Part shown: piece after piece, positions 1-9,666 of the stretch | Numbering within the stretch: position 1 is the first letter of the stretch | How the letters are laid out: each line of letters begins with the position of its first letter | Notes under the pieces: generated by a model | What the model was told of the DNA's origin: nothing | What the model saw: only the letters and a program-made list of their open reading frames with translations | Database searches by the model: none | Origin: a virus | Lineage: Duplodnaviria > Caudoviricetes | Length of the DNA stretch: 64,000 nt | IMG/VR virus record: IMGVR_UViG_3300011868_000001 | Span: 189,748-253,747 of that record | Reading direction: 5' to 3' (one strand) | Made by a program: the position numbers and the translations under genes

Positions 1-72
1 GGTGTCAAAGAGACAATCCAAATCCAGCAACAGATTCAGTGCACTGGAAGTTGCCATCGCTGGCTCCTATGG

Positions 73-90
73 ATAATGTATTGCTGAAAA
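73..90 (-). promoter_or_regulatory. Putative early (virion-RNAP) promoter motif
   Basis: Minus strand TTTTCAGCAATACATTAT. Similar to motifs at 34241-34258 and 54755-54774 and reminiscent of the phiKZ early TATATTAC element. Confidence 0.4.
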
Positions 91-92
91 GA

Positions 93-578
93 TTACTGTT
101 TGACAACCGGCAATGACAGCAGGATCATGAAGACCAGCCAATGGTTCCCTTTGAGGATGGCCTTCATTTCCTCGTACGAGCCGACATGCTCACGTACGTC
201 GTCGGGCAGTGCAGTGGCCTGTGAGGCCCAAGCCAGGCTTGAAGCCAGGTGGTTGATGAAGCTGTCGTAATGCCCCGATGCGGTCGGATTCTGCAGCCAC
301 AAATAGGTCGCCCCATTCATGTAGAAATCGAACATCGAGTTGCGCGCTTCGCCTTCCAGGTCGGCATTGTCCACATAACGCTTCCACAACCGTTCGATGT
401 CAGCTGCGCTACGGACCCCGTACCAGCGCACCCGGCGCAGTTCAGGCAGGTCATTGCTGTAGAATTGATCCTGGATTAACGCAGCATTGACCTGGTCCTT
501 GAAAAACTCGGTCTGCCATGTCTTTAGTGCAGACTGGAGACTGTCCAGTGTCTGACGATCGTTTACTGCAAAGCTCAT
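93..578 (-). CDS. Hypothetical phage protein
   Basis: 161-aa ORF, co-oriented and tightly packed downstream of the vRNAP subunit. Confidence 0.75.
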   Translation of the reverse strand: MSFAVNDRQTLDSLQSALKTWQTEFFKDQVNAALIQDQFYSNDLPELRRVRWYGVRSAADIERLWKRYVDNADLEGEARNSMFDFYMNGATYLWLQNPTASGHYDSFINHLASSLAWASQATALPDDVREHVGSYEEMKAILKGNHWLVFMILLSLPVVKQ

Positions 579-581
579 GGA

Positions 582-1283
582 TTACACCTCATCCAAGTTG
601 GTGTCGATCATCATCCCACGGTAGAGCGTCGCCACCGTGGAAGTAGAATTGGTGACTTCACCCGATTCGGTGACGTCTTCAAGACTGGCTTCCCCATGCT
701 CGATCAGTTGACGATCGAACTCGACCTGTGCGGTACGGCTACCGCCGCGCACTTTGATCTCTTCGACCAGCGTTTGCTCCAGACCTTGAGCCAACTGGGA
801 TTGCAGTTCTGGGAAGGAAATCTTAGAACCCTTCGATTTACCCGTGACCTGACCGGACATTTCATCGACGTGTCGGGCGTTTTCAGGGATCGAGGATTTC
901 TTGGTGAGCATTTGTGCCTGACGACGCACGGTCATGTCAAGCACCAGGTATTTTTGCGGTGTCAGAAACACTACACCTGTCTGCGGGTCGGTGAGCCAGA
1001 GCCGCTCGAAGAAAGGATGCCCGATCTTATCTGCCACTGCCATCAAAGAATCCATGGTGATCCGCGGGTCTTTGAGGTTTGGGGAGTAGAACGGCAGGAT
1101 TTCCTGGGTGCTGCGAGCCTCTTCGGTTTCTGGCTTGGCCAGCGCCCGGATGTACTCATCGAACTCGGTATCCGACATGGCATCCAGACGCTGTTTGGTC
1201 AGCTCGGCATTGTAGCTGTCACCCGGAATAATTCCCGCAATGGCATCAACGATAAACGCTGTGACCTCTTGACGACTGGCCAT
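582..1283 (-). CDS. Virion RNA polymerase beta-subunit C-terminal fragment (phiKZ gp149-like)
   Basis: Start reassigned to MASRQEV (GAGGT RBS). The segment RRQAQMLTKK...VDEMSGQVTGKSKGSKISFPELQ parallels the RpoB C-terminal region. Lies near uvsX as in phiKZ. Confidence 0.75.
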   Translation of the reverse strand: MASRQEVTAFIVDAIAGIIPGDSYNAELTKQRLDAMSDTEFDEYIRALAKPETEEARSTQEILPFYSPNLKDPRITMDSLMAVADKIGHPFFERLWLTDPQTGVVFLTPQKYLVLDMTVRRQAQMLTKKSSIPENARHVDEMSGQVTGKSKGSKISFPELQSQLAQGLEQTLVEEIKVRGGSRTAQVEFDRQLIEHGEASLEDVTESGEVTNSTSTVATLYRGMMIDTNLDEV

Positions 1284-1293
1284 AACAAATACC

Positions 1294-1578
1294 TCAGTGA
1301 CGGACCGGAAGGTCGTGAGAAACGATGATCGGCAGGACCAGTTGGCGGAAGTGACGCAGCCAGTCGGTCGGAGCGATGTCATCGACCAAGCAGGTACGGG
1401 CCGAGATGGTCGAGGTGTGCAGGGCCGCAAGCTCATTGCGCCAGAAGCGATTGAGTTCACGGATTTCAGTGCTTTCGTCTTGCAGATTGCAATCAAACAA
1501 ACGTGCAAAGCGGGTGGCGGCGTTCGGGTTCTGGTCGGCGAGCAGATCGGCGACAGCAGAGGCGATCCGGGTAGTCAT
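1294..1578 (-). CDS. Hypothetical protein
   Basis: 94-aa ORF from MTTRIAS with GGAG RBS. Confidence 0.7.
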   Translation of the reverse strand: MTTRIASAVADLLADQNPNAATRFARLFDCNLQDESTEIRELNRFWRNELAALHTSTISARTCLVDDIAPTDWLRHFRQLVLPIIVSHDLPVRH

Positions 1579-1637
1579 GGAAGGTTCTCCAATGTGTCGA
1601 ATGGCCGGCGCGCCCAACGCACACCGGCCTCAGAGTA

Positions 1638-3200
1638 TTAGGTTGCTTTCTCCGCCTGTCTATCCTTGATCTTCATGATCAAATCAGCGGCAGTGAGAGG
1701 TTTCTTGGAATCGGTACCCGCTTCGGCTTCAGAAGCCTTAGCAATGGCGCCTTGTGCTTTAGCCTTGGCTTTGACGGCATCGTCGTACCAATACGGACGG
1801 TACGTTCCGGCGCGCATGTTCAGCAAGTCCATGGTGGACAGGAACGGCAGATCGGCGTAGGCTCCCTTCTCCTCCAGAGGCAGCCAGAAACCGCGCGTAT
1901 CAAGCAGAAGGTCCCAGTCGTACCCTGCGGCCAGGATATCGTCGTACAGCTCCTTAGGAGTGCACAGCAGGCCTTCTGGCAGGTCATGCCACAGGTTGCG
2001 CATCATGCACATCTCAGCCGTGATGTTCATGGCCCGTTGCAGGCGACTGTCCGTCTCAAACAGACCGCGTACCGACTTGCGGGTCAGGTTGACCGACGGG
2101 TACAGGTCCAGACGGAAGTTCGGCTTACCTTTGGCCTTGTTGCCATCCTTATCACTGATGCCGTAGTAGTCATAGCCCTTGCAGTAAACGAACTCGGTCA
2201 GCGAGGGTTTAAGTCCTTCAGACTGCGACACCACGACCTCGAACGGAATACCGGACGGACCCGACTTACCGCGCAGGTTGACCAGGGTGATGAGGATCAG
2301 GTCGGTATCACCTTTCAGATCATCTTCTTCATCGCGGGGGAATTCAGGCAGCTTGTCCGCATCGAGCAGCGGTTGCAGCGAGACGCAGTACCAGCAGTTG
2401 GCTGTCAGGAAGCTGAAGTTCTCGGGGACCTTCTTGAGTTTCAGGTCGCCTTTGAGGAATTTCAGTTTCTTGATGTTCGGCTTGTACATGTCAAGCTGAT
2501 ATTCCTGACCCACGTGAGCGGTCATCAGGATATTGAGCCCCGAGCCACCCGTAACCGAGGTGACCTGATCGATCAGCTGGCTCTTGGCGCTGGCGCCTTT
2601 CATGGCCACCATGTTCAGGTCTTTCGAGCCGACGTCACCCTTTTCGTACATGTTCATCACACCTTCGGTCTGCAGACCGGAGAGCGAATCCAGGAAGCAC
2701 AGGGTCGGGGACGGAATTTTGATCAGTTCACCGGTGGTCTCATCGACAAACGGCGTGGTGATCAGGATGGACTTGTCCTTGCGGCGCGATTCGGCATATT
2801 CGCGCATGACGTTCCACCACTCGTTACCGGTGTAGATGGTGGCGTCGGTAAACAGCAGGCGACCTTGCTCCACAAGATCGATACCGAAGAGTTCCGGGAA
2901 CTGACGGAACACGTTCATAATACGCCCCGGCGACAGCGTATTCTCTGAGTCATGTGCCATCATAATGGCCAGTGAGACCCGGTTCATGACGGAACCTTGC
3001 TGGAATAGCGAGATCACTGTCTTGAACATGTTAGGCAGTCCGGCAACGCCCGTGAAATGGTTCAGACCACCACACAGGATGGATTCGCCGTGCTTGCCCT
3101 TGTAGTACTTACCTGTTTGGATGTCGAACAGCGCTCCGATGTTCCACATCGGACGGATCGACGGAGCCTTCTTGAACATGGCAAATGGGTTGTTAGACAT
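1638..3200 (-). CDS. uvsX: UvsX/RecA-like recombinase (phiKZ gp152-like)
   Basis: Divergent Walker A GLPNMFKT, Walker B CFLDSLS, ILMTAHVG strand; synteny with vRNAP and RNase H genes. Confidence 0.75.
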   Translation of the reverse strand: MSNNPFAMFKKAPSIRPMWNIGALFDIQTGKYYKGKHGESILCGGLNHFTGVAGLPNMFKTVISLFQQGSVMNRVSLAIMMAHDSENTLSPGRIMNVFRQFPELFGIDLVEQGRLLFTDATIYTGNEWWNVMREYAESRRKDKSILITTPFVDETTGELIKIPSPTLCFLDSLSGLQTEGVMNMYEKGDVGSKDLNMVAMKGASAKSQLIDQVTSVTGGSGLNILMTAHVGQEYQLDMYKPNIKKLKFLKGDLKLKKVPENFSFLTANCWYCVSLQPLLDADKLPEFPRDEEDDLKGDTDLILITLVNLRGKSGPSGIPFEVVVSQSEGLKPSLTEFVYCKGYDYYGISDKDGNKAKGKPNFRLDLYPSVNLTRKSVRGLFETDSRLQRAMNITAEMCMMRNLWHDLPEGLLCTPKELYDDILAAGYDWDLLLDTRGFWLPLEEKGAYADLPFLSTMDLLNMRAGTYRPYWYDDAVKAKAKAQGAIAKASEAEAGTDSKKPLTAADLIMKIKDRQAEKAT

Positions 3201-3244
3201 GGTACTTCAGATTCCATTTAAAAGATGGGAGTCGGTTGTGCGCA

Positions 3245-3253
3245 AACGATATG
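3245..3253 (+). promoter_or_regulatory. Putative late promoter (AAnnnTATG)
   Basis: AACGATATG upstream of a structural gene. TATG is the known phiKZ late-promoter core. Confidence 0.4.
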
Positions 3254-3287
3254 AAAAACTACTTTCTTTTAACACGGAGTCATCCCG

Positions 3288-4145
3288 ATGAAACACTTCG
3301 AGGACATCTACGGGTCCTTTGACCTGGTCTCGCTTGAAGACCTTAATCGCCTGGCCACAGGTATCTCCATGGAAGCCTCGGTGGCAGGCCTGCCCCAAAA
3401 GGCGGGTGTTCGTGCAAGCCAATTCTTCCGCAGTGCAGCCAGCTTCTTCGGCAAGATGAAGTTCACTGCCCTGAACATGACTGGCTTGTCTGCTCGGGAC
3501 CTCGGTGGTTTCGTCGCCCAGGTTGGTTTCGTTGACGCTTCCAACAAGAACATCATCGTTCCTGAAGGTTTCGTGGGCCAATGGGTGCCCTACAGCGCCC
3601 AGCTGAAAGACACCATGGTCAAAGCCACCAAGCTCGAAGCAACGATCCTGGCCTTTAACCGCACCGTCGGTGAGATTGTCAATGACCCGAGTCGCCTCAC
3701 CGCAGCCTCTGGCATTGGTTTCACCAGCAGCGCCAGCCTTGGCATCACCGATGACATGAAAGCCATCGGCAAGACCTACTTCGACGGCCGTAGTAATCAC
3801 ATCACGCGCACGCTGGGTGCGGTGGTAGAGCGTCAGGGTGACATCAATACAACGATGAACGCCCTGAATGAAATCGCAGCGCTGGACAAAGCACATCCGG
3901 CTACCAAGTGCCTGAACGCCGTAGGTCGGACCATGGCCTTGGCTGACACACTGATGGCTACTGTCAAGCGTTTGGCCGAAGACAAGAGCATCTCCCACCA
4001 AGAGGTGTTGGACGTCGCATTGCAAGAACTGGTCGACACGACCCTCGTTCTGGCTACGGAAATGGAGTCCTACGGGGCCCTTCTTTACCGCGTACGTCAG
4101 TTCTCCGAGGCCATGAAAGACAGCCTCAAAGAGATCAAAAAGTAA
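3288..4145 (+). CDS. Virion head protein (phiKZ gp153-like)
   Basis: 285 aa. N-terminal S-x-E motifs (VSLE, ISME) typical of prohead-protease propeptides; strong codon bias. Confidence 0.6.
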   Translation: MKHFEDIYGSFDLVSLEDLNRLATGISMEASVAGLPQKAGVRASQFFRSAASFFGKMKFTALNMTGLSARDLGGFVAQVGFVDASNKNIIVPEGFVGQWVPYSAQLKDTMVKATKLEATILAFNRTVGEIVNDPSRLTAASGIGFTSSASLGITDDMKAIGKTYFDGRSNHITRTLGAVVERQGDINTTMNALNEIAALDKAHPATKCLNAVGRTMALADTLMATVKRLAEDKSISHQEVLDVALQELVDTTLVLATEMESYGALLYRVRQFSEAMKDSLKEIKK

Positions 4146-4153
4146 GGCACGTT

Positions 4154-4194
4154 GCATAGGGCGATGGGAGGGCACCAGTCCCTCCCATCTATGC
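4154..4194. terminator. Bidirectional hairpin (CATA...TATG family)
   Basis: GATGGGAGGG-CACCAGT-CCCTCCCATC stem between convergent genes, flanked by GCATAG/CTATGC. Confidence 0.65.
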
Positions 4195-4198
4195 TGTT

Positions 4199-4579
4199 TC
4201 AAGCCAATTGTTCGAGGTGTTGCGATTGTCGTAAAACATTTTCGACGTCACGCAACATGGTTTCGCGGTCCAGGTAACGCAGCCATCTTGGCATGGTCCC
4301 GTAAACCAACTCGACAGCCTGTTTGAAATCACCATGCTCACAGCACTCAACCACCTTGTCCACCGTCGGTCCTTTCCAGAGTACCTTCGCCGTCATGGCT
4401 GGGAAGGAAAGGGACCTTGGATCATTGACAAGGTAGAACAGCTTATTGAACTCTGCCAGCAGGGACTCGTCAGGATCATAGTTCCGGATCAATCGGAAGT
4501 ACAGACTGACCATGAACACAGTTCGCTTAGCCGAGACCCAAAATCCATGTGATTGGTTTATCGCAACAGATCGGTACAT
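4199..4579 (-). CDS. Hypothetical protein
   Basis: 126-aa ORF directly downstream of RNase H; start uncertain. Confidence 0.65.
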   Translation of the reverse strand: MYRSVAINQSHGFWVSAKRTVFMVSLYFRLIRNYDPDESLLAEFNKLFYLVNDPRSLSFPAMTAKVLWKGPTVDKVVECCEHGDFKQAVELVYGTMPRWLRYLDRETMLRDVENVLRQSQHLEQLA

Positions 4580-4589
4580 AGCGAGCCCG

Positions 4590-6128
4590 TTATTTGACTA
4601 ATTTGAAATTGCTGAACGGGTTTGCCCAAATACCAATGTCGTGTGTCGTCTCGATCACCGTTGCATAACGGATTACCGAATCCGACTCACGCCAGGTCAG
4701 GGCAGTCACCTGCTTGACAGAATCAGCAAGTGCCGACAGCGCATTCCGACCAATGATGTCAGAACCCACGATCAGTCGAACTTTCGTTCTATTGACCGGG
4801 ACCTCATCCATCGCCCTCAGCTCGCGGGCAAAGGCAGTGTTAAAGTTCACGCTCACATCGAGGTGTTTCACCGCACTGGTGATCTCCTTGCGAAGTTTAC
4901 GTGTCACCGCACCTTTCTTCTCCACGGCTTCATATAGTAGGTCGGTCAAATCGGTCCGAATGACAGATTTATCACCTTCTAAGAACTGGTCCAGGACGGT
5001 AGCCATGTTACCCAAGTTGTCCACGTTATAGTACGAAAGCCCAGTGGGCGTGACGTGATGGACGACTGGAACACGCTTCTCCGTCTGCAGGCTCCAGTTG
5101 GCCTTATTGCGACGGAATACAGACATACCAAACTTCAGGATGTCTTCGGAAACACTAGCACTGGTGATGTTGCGTAATGCACCAACAAACAGATGACCCA
5201 CCTGGTTACTGTCTTGTTGAATGAAATGTTCACGTACCTTTTCCAGGACAGTGATCTGTTCCTTAAGGTAGAGAACGGCGTTACTGGAGTCGGACTGCGG
5301 CTTGGCGATATCTTCATCATCCCCGTGCTGTCCTGTCCAGTATATGAATCGACCGTCTTTAGCCGTACGACACTCTTGTGCATCAGAGCTGAAGTACCAC
5401 TTGGGTTGATCCAGCATTCGGTTATGGTTGTTCACAGACTTCCAATAACCCTCCGGTTCTTGCTCCAGTTTGTAGGTCAGGTTGTATCCGTTCATGCCGA
5501 TACAATTGCCCTTTCCTGCCCACTGGTCGGCCATTTCATTCCCCGTATGGCCGTTATGTCCCTTGATCCAGGCGAGCATGACCTGGTTGTTGGATTCGCG
5601 GAACTTACCCAGTAGAGCGTCAACTTCTAGCCAGTCTTCCTTGTTGGCGACATCGTCCCCGTTACGATTGCGCCATCCGGTCTGCTTCCATCGGTCGAGG
5701 TATTTGTTCACGCCCTCGACGACGTACTGCGAATCCGAATAGATGATGGTGTGATGCAGGCCCTTTTCCAGGGCGTAGGTGAGTGCTTGCTTAGCAGCAA
5801 TCAACTCAGTGTGATTATTGCTGGTGGCCTTAGGCACACCGCCGAATGTATCAATGTAGTTGAGGACATTAACTGCCTGACTTTCGTCTTTGGTATCGGT
5901 ATACCCTTTGGCAGTTGGCGTTGCCTTAGGTGCTCCGCTTCCCTTAACCGGTAGGCTATCCGCGGTATACACGTATCCGTGGACTCCCCAACCTCCGGCC
6001 TTCTCAGAATTATAAAACCCACCGTCCGAGTACAACACCCCTTTGTACAGCGGAAGAGCAGGTTGCTCCTTAGTTTCCGTCATTACTGCACCTTCGACAG
6101 ACATAGTTGGCGTGACGGTCATGCTCAT
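4590..6128 (-). CDS. rnhA: Ribonuclease HI with C-terminal extension (phiKZ gp155-like)
   Basis: RNase H motifs LYSDGG, SNNHTELIA, IYSDSQYV, WIKGHNGHTGNEMADQWA. Start coupled to upstream stop (TAAcATG); alternative start at 6083. Confidence 0.88.
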   Translation of the reverse strand: MSMTVTPTMSVEGAVMTETKEQPALPLYKGVLYSDGGFYNSEKAGGWGVHGYVYTADSLPVKGSGAPKATPTAKGYTDTKDESQAVNVLNYIDTFGGVPKATSNNHTELIAAKQALTYALEKGLHHTIIYSDSQYVVEGVNKYLDRWKQTGWRNRNGDDVANKEDWLEVDALLGKFRESNNQVMLAWIKGHNGHTGNEMADQWAGKGNCIGMNGYNLTYKLEQEPEGYWKSVNNHNRMLDQPKWYFSSDAQECRTAKDGRFIYWTGQHGDDEDIAKPQSDSSNAVLYLKEQITVLEKVREHFIQQDSNQVGHLFVGALRNITSASVSEDILKFGMSVFRRNKANWSLQTEKRVPVVHHVTPTGLSYYNVDNLGNMATVLDQFLEGDKSVIRTDLTDLLYEAVEKKGAVTRKLRKEITSAVKHLDVSVNFNTAFARELRAMDEVPVNRTKVRLIVGSDIIGRNALSALADSVKQVTALTWRESDSVIRYATVIETTHDIGIWANPFSNFKLVK

Positions 6129-6129
6129 G

Positions 6130-6543
6130 TTATATCCCAGATCCTTTTTGAAAAACATCAGATACTTCCAGACGGCATTTTTGATTGTGCCGCAGAATAT
6201 CTTCTCGAATGAAGCGTTCCTCATCATCGAGGTATTTCTTCAGGTCCTCGGCATAGCTGAGGATGATGCTGGCGGCCTGTTCAGACGATGTGTGTTGCAA
6301 ATCCACCTTAGGTGGAGTCGGACGCACATGACCGAGGCGAGGTGACCGTTCGAATACACTGCAATGCGGGTCATTGAGCGTCAGTGACGGCAGTTCGGTA
6401 GCAGTATAGGTAATCGACGTATACCGGTTATTGATGGAGCCAACATACGCACAAGACCCGAGAGACACCGCGAGCCAGAACATGGAGGCAGCGCGGGTCC
6501 CTCGAAAAAGTTTAGGTATTAGCATGGGGACGTTCCTATTCAC
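6130..6543 (-). CDS. Outer-membrane lipoprotein, probable o-spanin
   Basis: Hydrophobic stretch ending in lipobox LGSC; Pro-rich middle; overlaps the end of the upstream TM/coiled-coil gene. Confidence 0.6.
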   Translation of the reverse strand: MNRNVPMLIPKLFRGTRAASMFWLAVSLGSCAYVGSINNRYTSITYTATELPSLTLNDPHCSVFERSPRLGHVRPTPPKVDLQHTSSEQAASIILSYAEDLKKYLDDEERFIREDILRHNQKCRLEVSDVFQKGSGI

Positions 6544-6988
6544 TCAGTCGCCTCCACCGTTCGGCAAGGTCTGTCGAAGGGGGTCGCGCTGGTAGGGGTT
6601 TTTCTATGGGTTGTTTCGGTCTCGGCCGTGAAGGCGGTTTAGGCGCCTGCGAAGGTGGGGTGGGCTGAGTGGTCTCCAGGGATTTCTTCAGCGCCTCGTA
6701 GCGCTCCTGATACAACTCAGCACGTTCAGTTAGCAAGGGGATCTGGGTGTCCAAATCTTTCTGTAGACGGGCTTGCACGCGTTCATAACGGCCCAACATG
6801 ACTTCTTGTTCTTTGACGATGCGAAATACATGCACGAAAAGCAATGTCATAATGACAAAGCCCACAGAGGTCACGATAAGGGCCAGGTTCTGGCGGACAA
6901 ACTGTCTGAAGGTGCGATCACGCAACCAGAGCTCTTTGACGAAGAGTCCCAATGCCTTAAGCAGCTTAGCCAGCGTCATAAAGTACAT
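6536..6988 (-). CDS. Inner-membrane protein, probable i-spanin
   Basis: Single TM (LALIVTSVGFVIMTLLFVHVF), then a coiled coil and a Pro-rich linker. Confidence 0.6.
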   Translation of the reverse strand: MYFMTLAKLLKALGLFVKELWLRDRTFRQFVRQNLALIVTSVGFVIMTLLFVHVFRIVKEQEVMLGRYERVQARLQKDLDTQIPLLTERAELYQERYEALKKSLETTQPTPPSQAPKPPSRPRPKQPIEKPLPARPPSTDLAERWRRLSE

Positions 6989-7074
6989 TGTATTCCCTAA
7001 AATGGTATGAACAATTCAAACATTATTGTTTAACGACTGTCATAAGTTACGTGGCAATCCGCCCGGAGAACGAC

Positions 7075-8433
7075 ATGTATAAACTGAAGGCCTTCTGCCT
7101 TATCGGCGCACTGATTGACAATACTCGGGCTGTGGTTGCTCCGGTAGGGGAGCTCTCGCCCCGTGCTATGACCTATGCGCGCGAAAAGGAATACCTCAAT
7201 ACCGCCGCTGCACCCGGCCATACCCTGGTGGTGTTTTCCAACCAGCGTGATGGCGTAGTCGAACAGACTGACCCGGTTGTGGCAGGCAAACTCCTGCTGA
7301 TCAACAAGTGGGTGTATGAACAAGCCCTGGCGGGTAAATTCAACACCAGTATCGAATCGTTCCGCACTGCCTTTATTCAGCAGTGGGGATCGCAATACGC
7401 CATCTGGTCGATCGGCGCCATGGTCGAGGCACAATCGAACGTCTGGATTCCAGGCGTCATTGAAGTGCGCGATATCACCGATGACAATATCCAGTACAAG
7501 CTCTGGTACGCCACTGAAGTCTTCGAGCAACAGTTCGACGAATACCAGATTGTGGTGGTCCCGCCGGTTGAAGACCTCGATGTCTTCTTCCTGGGCAGTG
7601 CCATGGTCAGGGCGGCACTGGCAGCCAGGACGCACGACCTGGTCATGGAAGATGTCCAGGCGGCACGAGAAGGTTATCCTGAAACCTTCGTCAGCGGTGA
7701 AATGTACGAGTGGTTCGATCCGGTCGACCCAACCGACAAAGCCCGCCGTATCGCCACCTACTGGACTCCGGTAATCTACGGCATCGCCGGGCGCAACGTT
7801 GACTCGATCAAAGAAGCGCTGCGTGATTACATCCTGGAAAACAGCACTCACAGTAAAGAAGAATGGGCAGCTATCTTCCCGGAAATCTTTACCTCCACCG
7901 AGTTTCTCTTTGTACCGCTGTGGGGTAATTATTCGATCACCAACCGTGAACTGGAAGCCGGTCTGTACAGCTCAGTGACCAATGTGCTGCAAGGACTTGC
8001 TCACCTGCAACGGCTGGTGCGTGGTGAGGGATATACCGAAGAGTACATCCAGAACAATGCCGAAGTCTTCGGTGCCTCTCACAAAGCCATCACTGTGATG
8101 GTAACCGGCGGCCCGTACAACCGAGATGGGGTGACGTCGTTCGTACAGCGCTACAGCGACTACATCAACGTTGACTCCAGCAGCATGGATTTCGGACGCA
8201 TGGGGCCCGAAACCCGTCGCATGGTCCTAGCATTGGCTGAGATGCTTGCTGTGGCTGAAAGTATGACGCCGGATTCGGCGGTGCCGGTGAAGTTCACCCG
8301 CTTGATCCGTGATGGGGTACTGTACGTCGCCTATACACTGGATCGCTTCCAGCTGATCGTTACGAGCAAGTACTCGTACACCGATCCAACGCTGGCAGGC
8401 GGTGCGGATGCAGGCGAGCCTGCGTTGGCATGA
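7075..8433 (+). CDS. Virion structural protein (phiKZ gp157-like)
   Basis: Start MYKLKAFC with GGAG RBS; AATGGTATG late-promoter motif at 7001-7009; synteny. Confidence 0.6.
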   Translation: MYKLKAFCLIGALIDNTRAVVAPVGELSPRAMTYAREKEYLNTAAAPGHTLVVFSNQRDGVVEQTDPVVAGKLLLINKWVYEQALAGKFNTSIESFRTAFIQQWGSQYAIWSIGAMVEAQSNVWIPGVIEVRDITDDNIQYKLWYATEVFEQQFDEYQIVVVPPVEDLDVFFLGSAMVRAALAARTHDLVMEDVQAAREGYPETFVSGEMYEWFDPVDPTDKARRIATYWTPVIYGIAGRNVDSIKEALRDYILENSTHSKEEWAAIFPEIFTSTEFLFVPLWGNYSITNRELEAGLYSSVTNVLQGLAHLQRLVRGEGYTEEYIQNNAEVFGASHKAITVMVTGGPYNRDGVTSFVQRYSDYINVDSSSMDFGRMGPETRRMVLALAEMLAVAESMTPDSAVPVKFTRLIRDGVLYVAYTLDRFQLIVTSKYSYTDPTLAGGADAGEPALA

Positions 8434-8440
8434 TGTAAAC

Positions 8441-8466
8441 ATAGCGAGGGGAAATCCCCTCGCTAT
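8441..8466 (+). terminator. Hairpin terminator
   Basis: ATAGCGAGGGG-AAAT-CCCCTCGCTAT. Confidence 0.6.
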
Positions 8467-8498
8467 TATTCCGATCAGCAATAGAGTTACTAAACACG

Positions 8499-9215
8499 AT
8501 GAATCCACTTCTCTTATCTGCCGCAATACAGCGTGCAAAAATCCCAGCTTTCGCCCTACTGGGCCGACCTCTACTGGTAGGTAATCCAGACCATGGCTAC
8601 TTCGGTGAATTCTCATCGACGGATGTCATACGGGGAGACACCCTGGCAACCCAAGTTGGTGTTAGGCTTGGAACTGCTATCCATGTTACTGACGGATGGC
8701 TCGGCTTCGCGCTAAACGGTAAGCGGTTATTAGTGGCAAAGAAGCCAATCCGCCATTCGATTAGCTGGGATGCATTATCGACCGCAGGTGTCGTTTTCGG
8801 TAAGGAAATACCGATTCAAAACACGCGAATGTTGGTGCGTCTACCTAAAGGTGTATTTTACTCGCCTGCTGCCGACTCAACAACCTTTGCGTTTGATGAC
8901 GATTCCATCCTCACTCACGGATCTGAATGGAACCGTCTACTGTACCATGTCTCTGCAACGGTTGATCCAGGGAGACCTTCTCCATGGGTATCGTCAGAAG
9001 GTATACAGATCGGTACTTTTGCCCAGTTCACGCATGATGAGTTGGGGATCAGTGGTTCGGCAGCCTGGCGCGCCAACTGGTGTCAGGAGCCACTGAAGTC
9101 CAGCACCGGTAATAAAATCATCCGCGGCAACGGTAAGGTGGCTGAAATTTCGTATACTACATCATGGAACACCGGTGGTGTTGGTTGGCGGCCAGTGCTG
9201 GAGTTGATTGAGTGA
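8499..9215 (+). CDS. Putative virion protein, GWRPVLEL paralog family
   Basis: Motifs GYFGE, WLGFALNGKRLLVAKKPIR, SEWNRLLY and GWRPVLELIE, shared with 37779 and 59435. Confidence 0.7.
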   Translation: MNPLLLSAAIQRAKIPAFALLGRPLLVGNPDHGYFGEFSSTDVIRGDTLATQVGVRLGTAIHVTDGWLGFALNGKRLLVAKKPIRHSISWDALSTAGVVFGKEIPIQNTRMLVRLPKGVFYSPAADSTTFAFDDDSILTHGSEWNRLLYHVSATVDPGRPSPWVSSEGIQIGTFAQFTHDELGISGSAAWRANWCQEPLKSSTGNKIIRGNGKVAEISYTTSWNTGGVGWRPVLELIE

Positions 9216-9223
9216 CATAGAGA

Positions 9224-9258
9224 CATAAGGGGAGGGGCAGCTGCCCCTCCCTGTATGC
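9224..9258. terminator. Bidirectional hairpin (CATA...TATG family)
   Basis: CATAAGGGGAGGGGCAGCTGCCCCTCCCTGTATG between convergent genes. Confidence 0.65.
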
Positions 9259-9262
9259 TGTT

Positions 9263-9655
9263 TCAACTCGATGGTAGGAAGTCAGTGTCACGAGGACATC
9301 CCAGCCAGTCGAGAATCTTGTCGCGTGATTCGGACAAGTAGGTCCCTCGCGTATGCTGAAGCAATTCCAGCACCAGCTCATCCCCTACTGAACTACACAG
9401 GTCTTTCACCGCCATTGACATCCATTTGTCATCGTCGATGTCTCGCATGACCACCAGACCAAACCGTTTCCACGTCTCAAGGTCGGGTTCAATCGAAGCC
9501 GAGGTATTGAGTTGGTACTTGCGTTCGTAAAGGAATTTCAAGTCCCGACCTGGCCAGGACCACTTCCCTTCACCTTCACCCGTGGTTGCTGCACCAATGA
9601 AAAAGCTGATCGAACTACGATCCACATTCAATGGCTTGCCGCCTGCTGCGTACAT
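9263..9655 (-). CDS. Hypothetical protein
   Basis: 130-aa ORF with GGAGG RBS, downstream of SbcC. Confidence 0.75.
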   Translation of the reverse strand: MYAAGGKPLNVDRSSISFFIGAATTGEGEGKWSWPGRDLKFLYERKYQLNTSASIEPDLETWKRFGLVVMRDIDDDKWMSMAVKDLCSSVGDELVLELLQHTRGTYLSESRDKILDWLGCPRDTDFLPSS

Positions 9656-9666
9656 TGGTTTCCTCC

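Noticed and set aside
582-1508. Long upstream extensions given by the ORF track (e.g. 1508, 6227, 6988+, 20792, 30346, 35746, 62219)
   Set aside because: They overlap neighbouring genes and lack an RBS. Downstream starts with clear RBS or stop-start coupling were used instead.
8499-9215. GWRPVLEL paralogs as diversity-generating retroelement targets
   Set aside because: No reverse transcriptase and no near-identical template repeat differing only at adenines was seen in the window.
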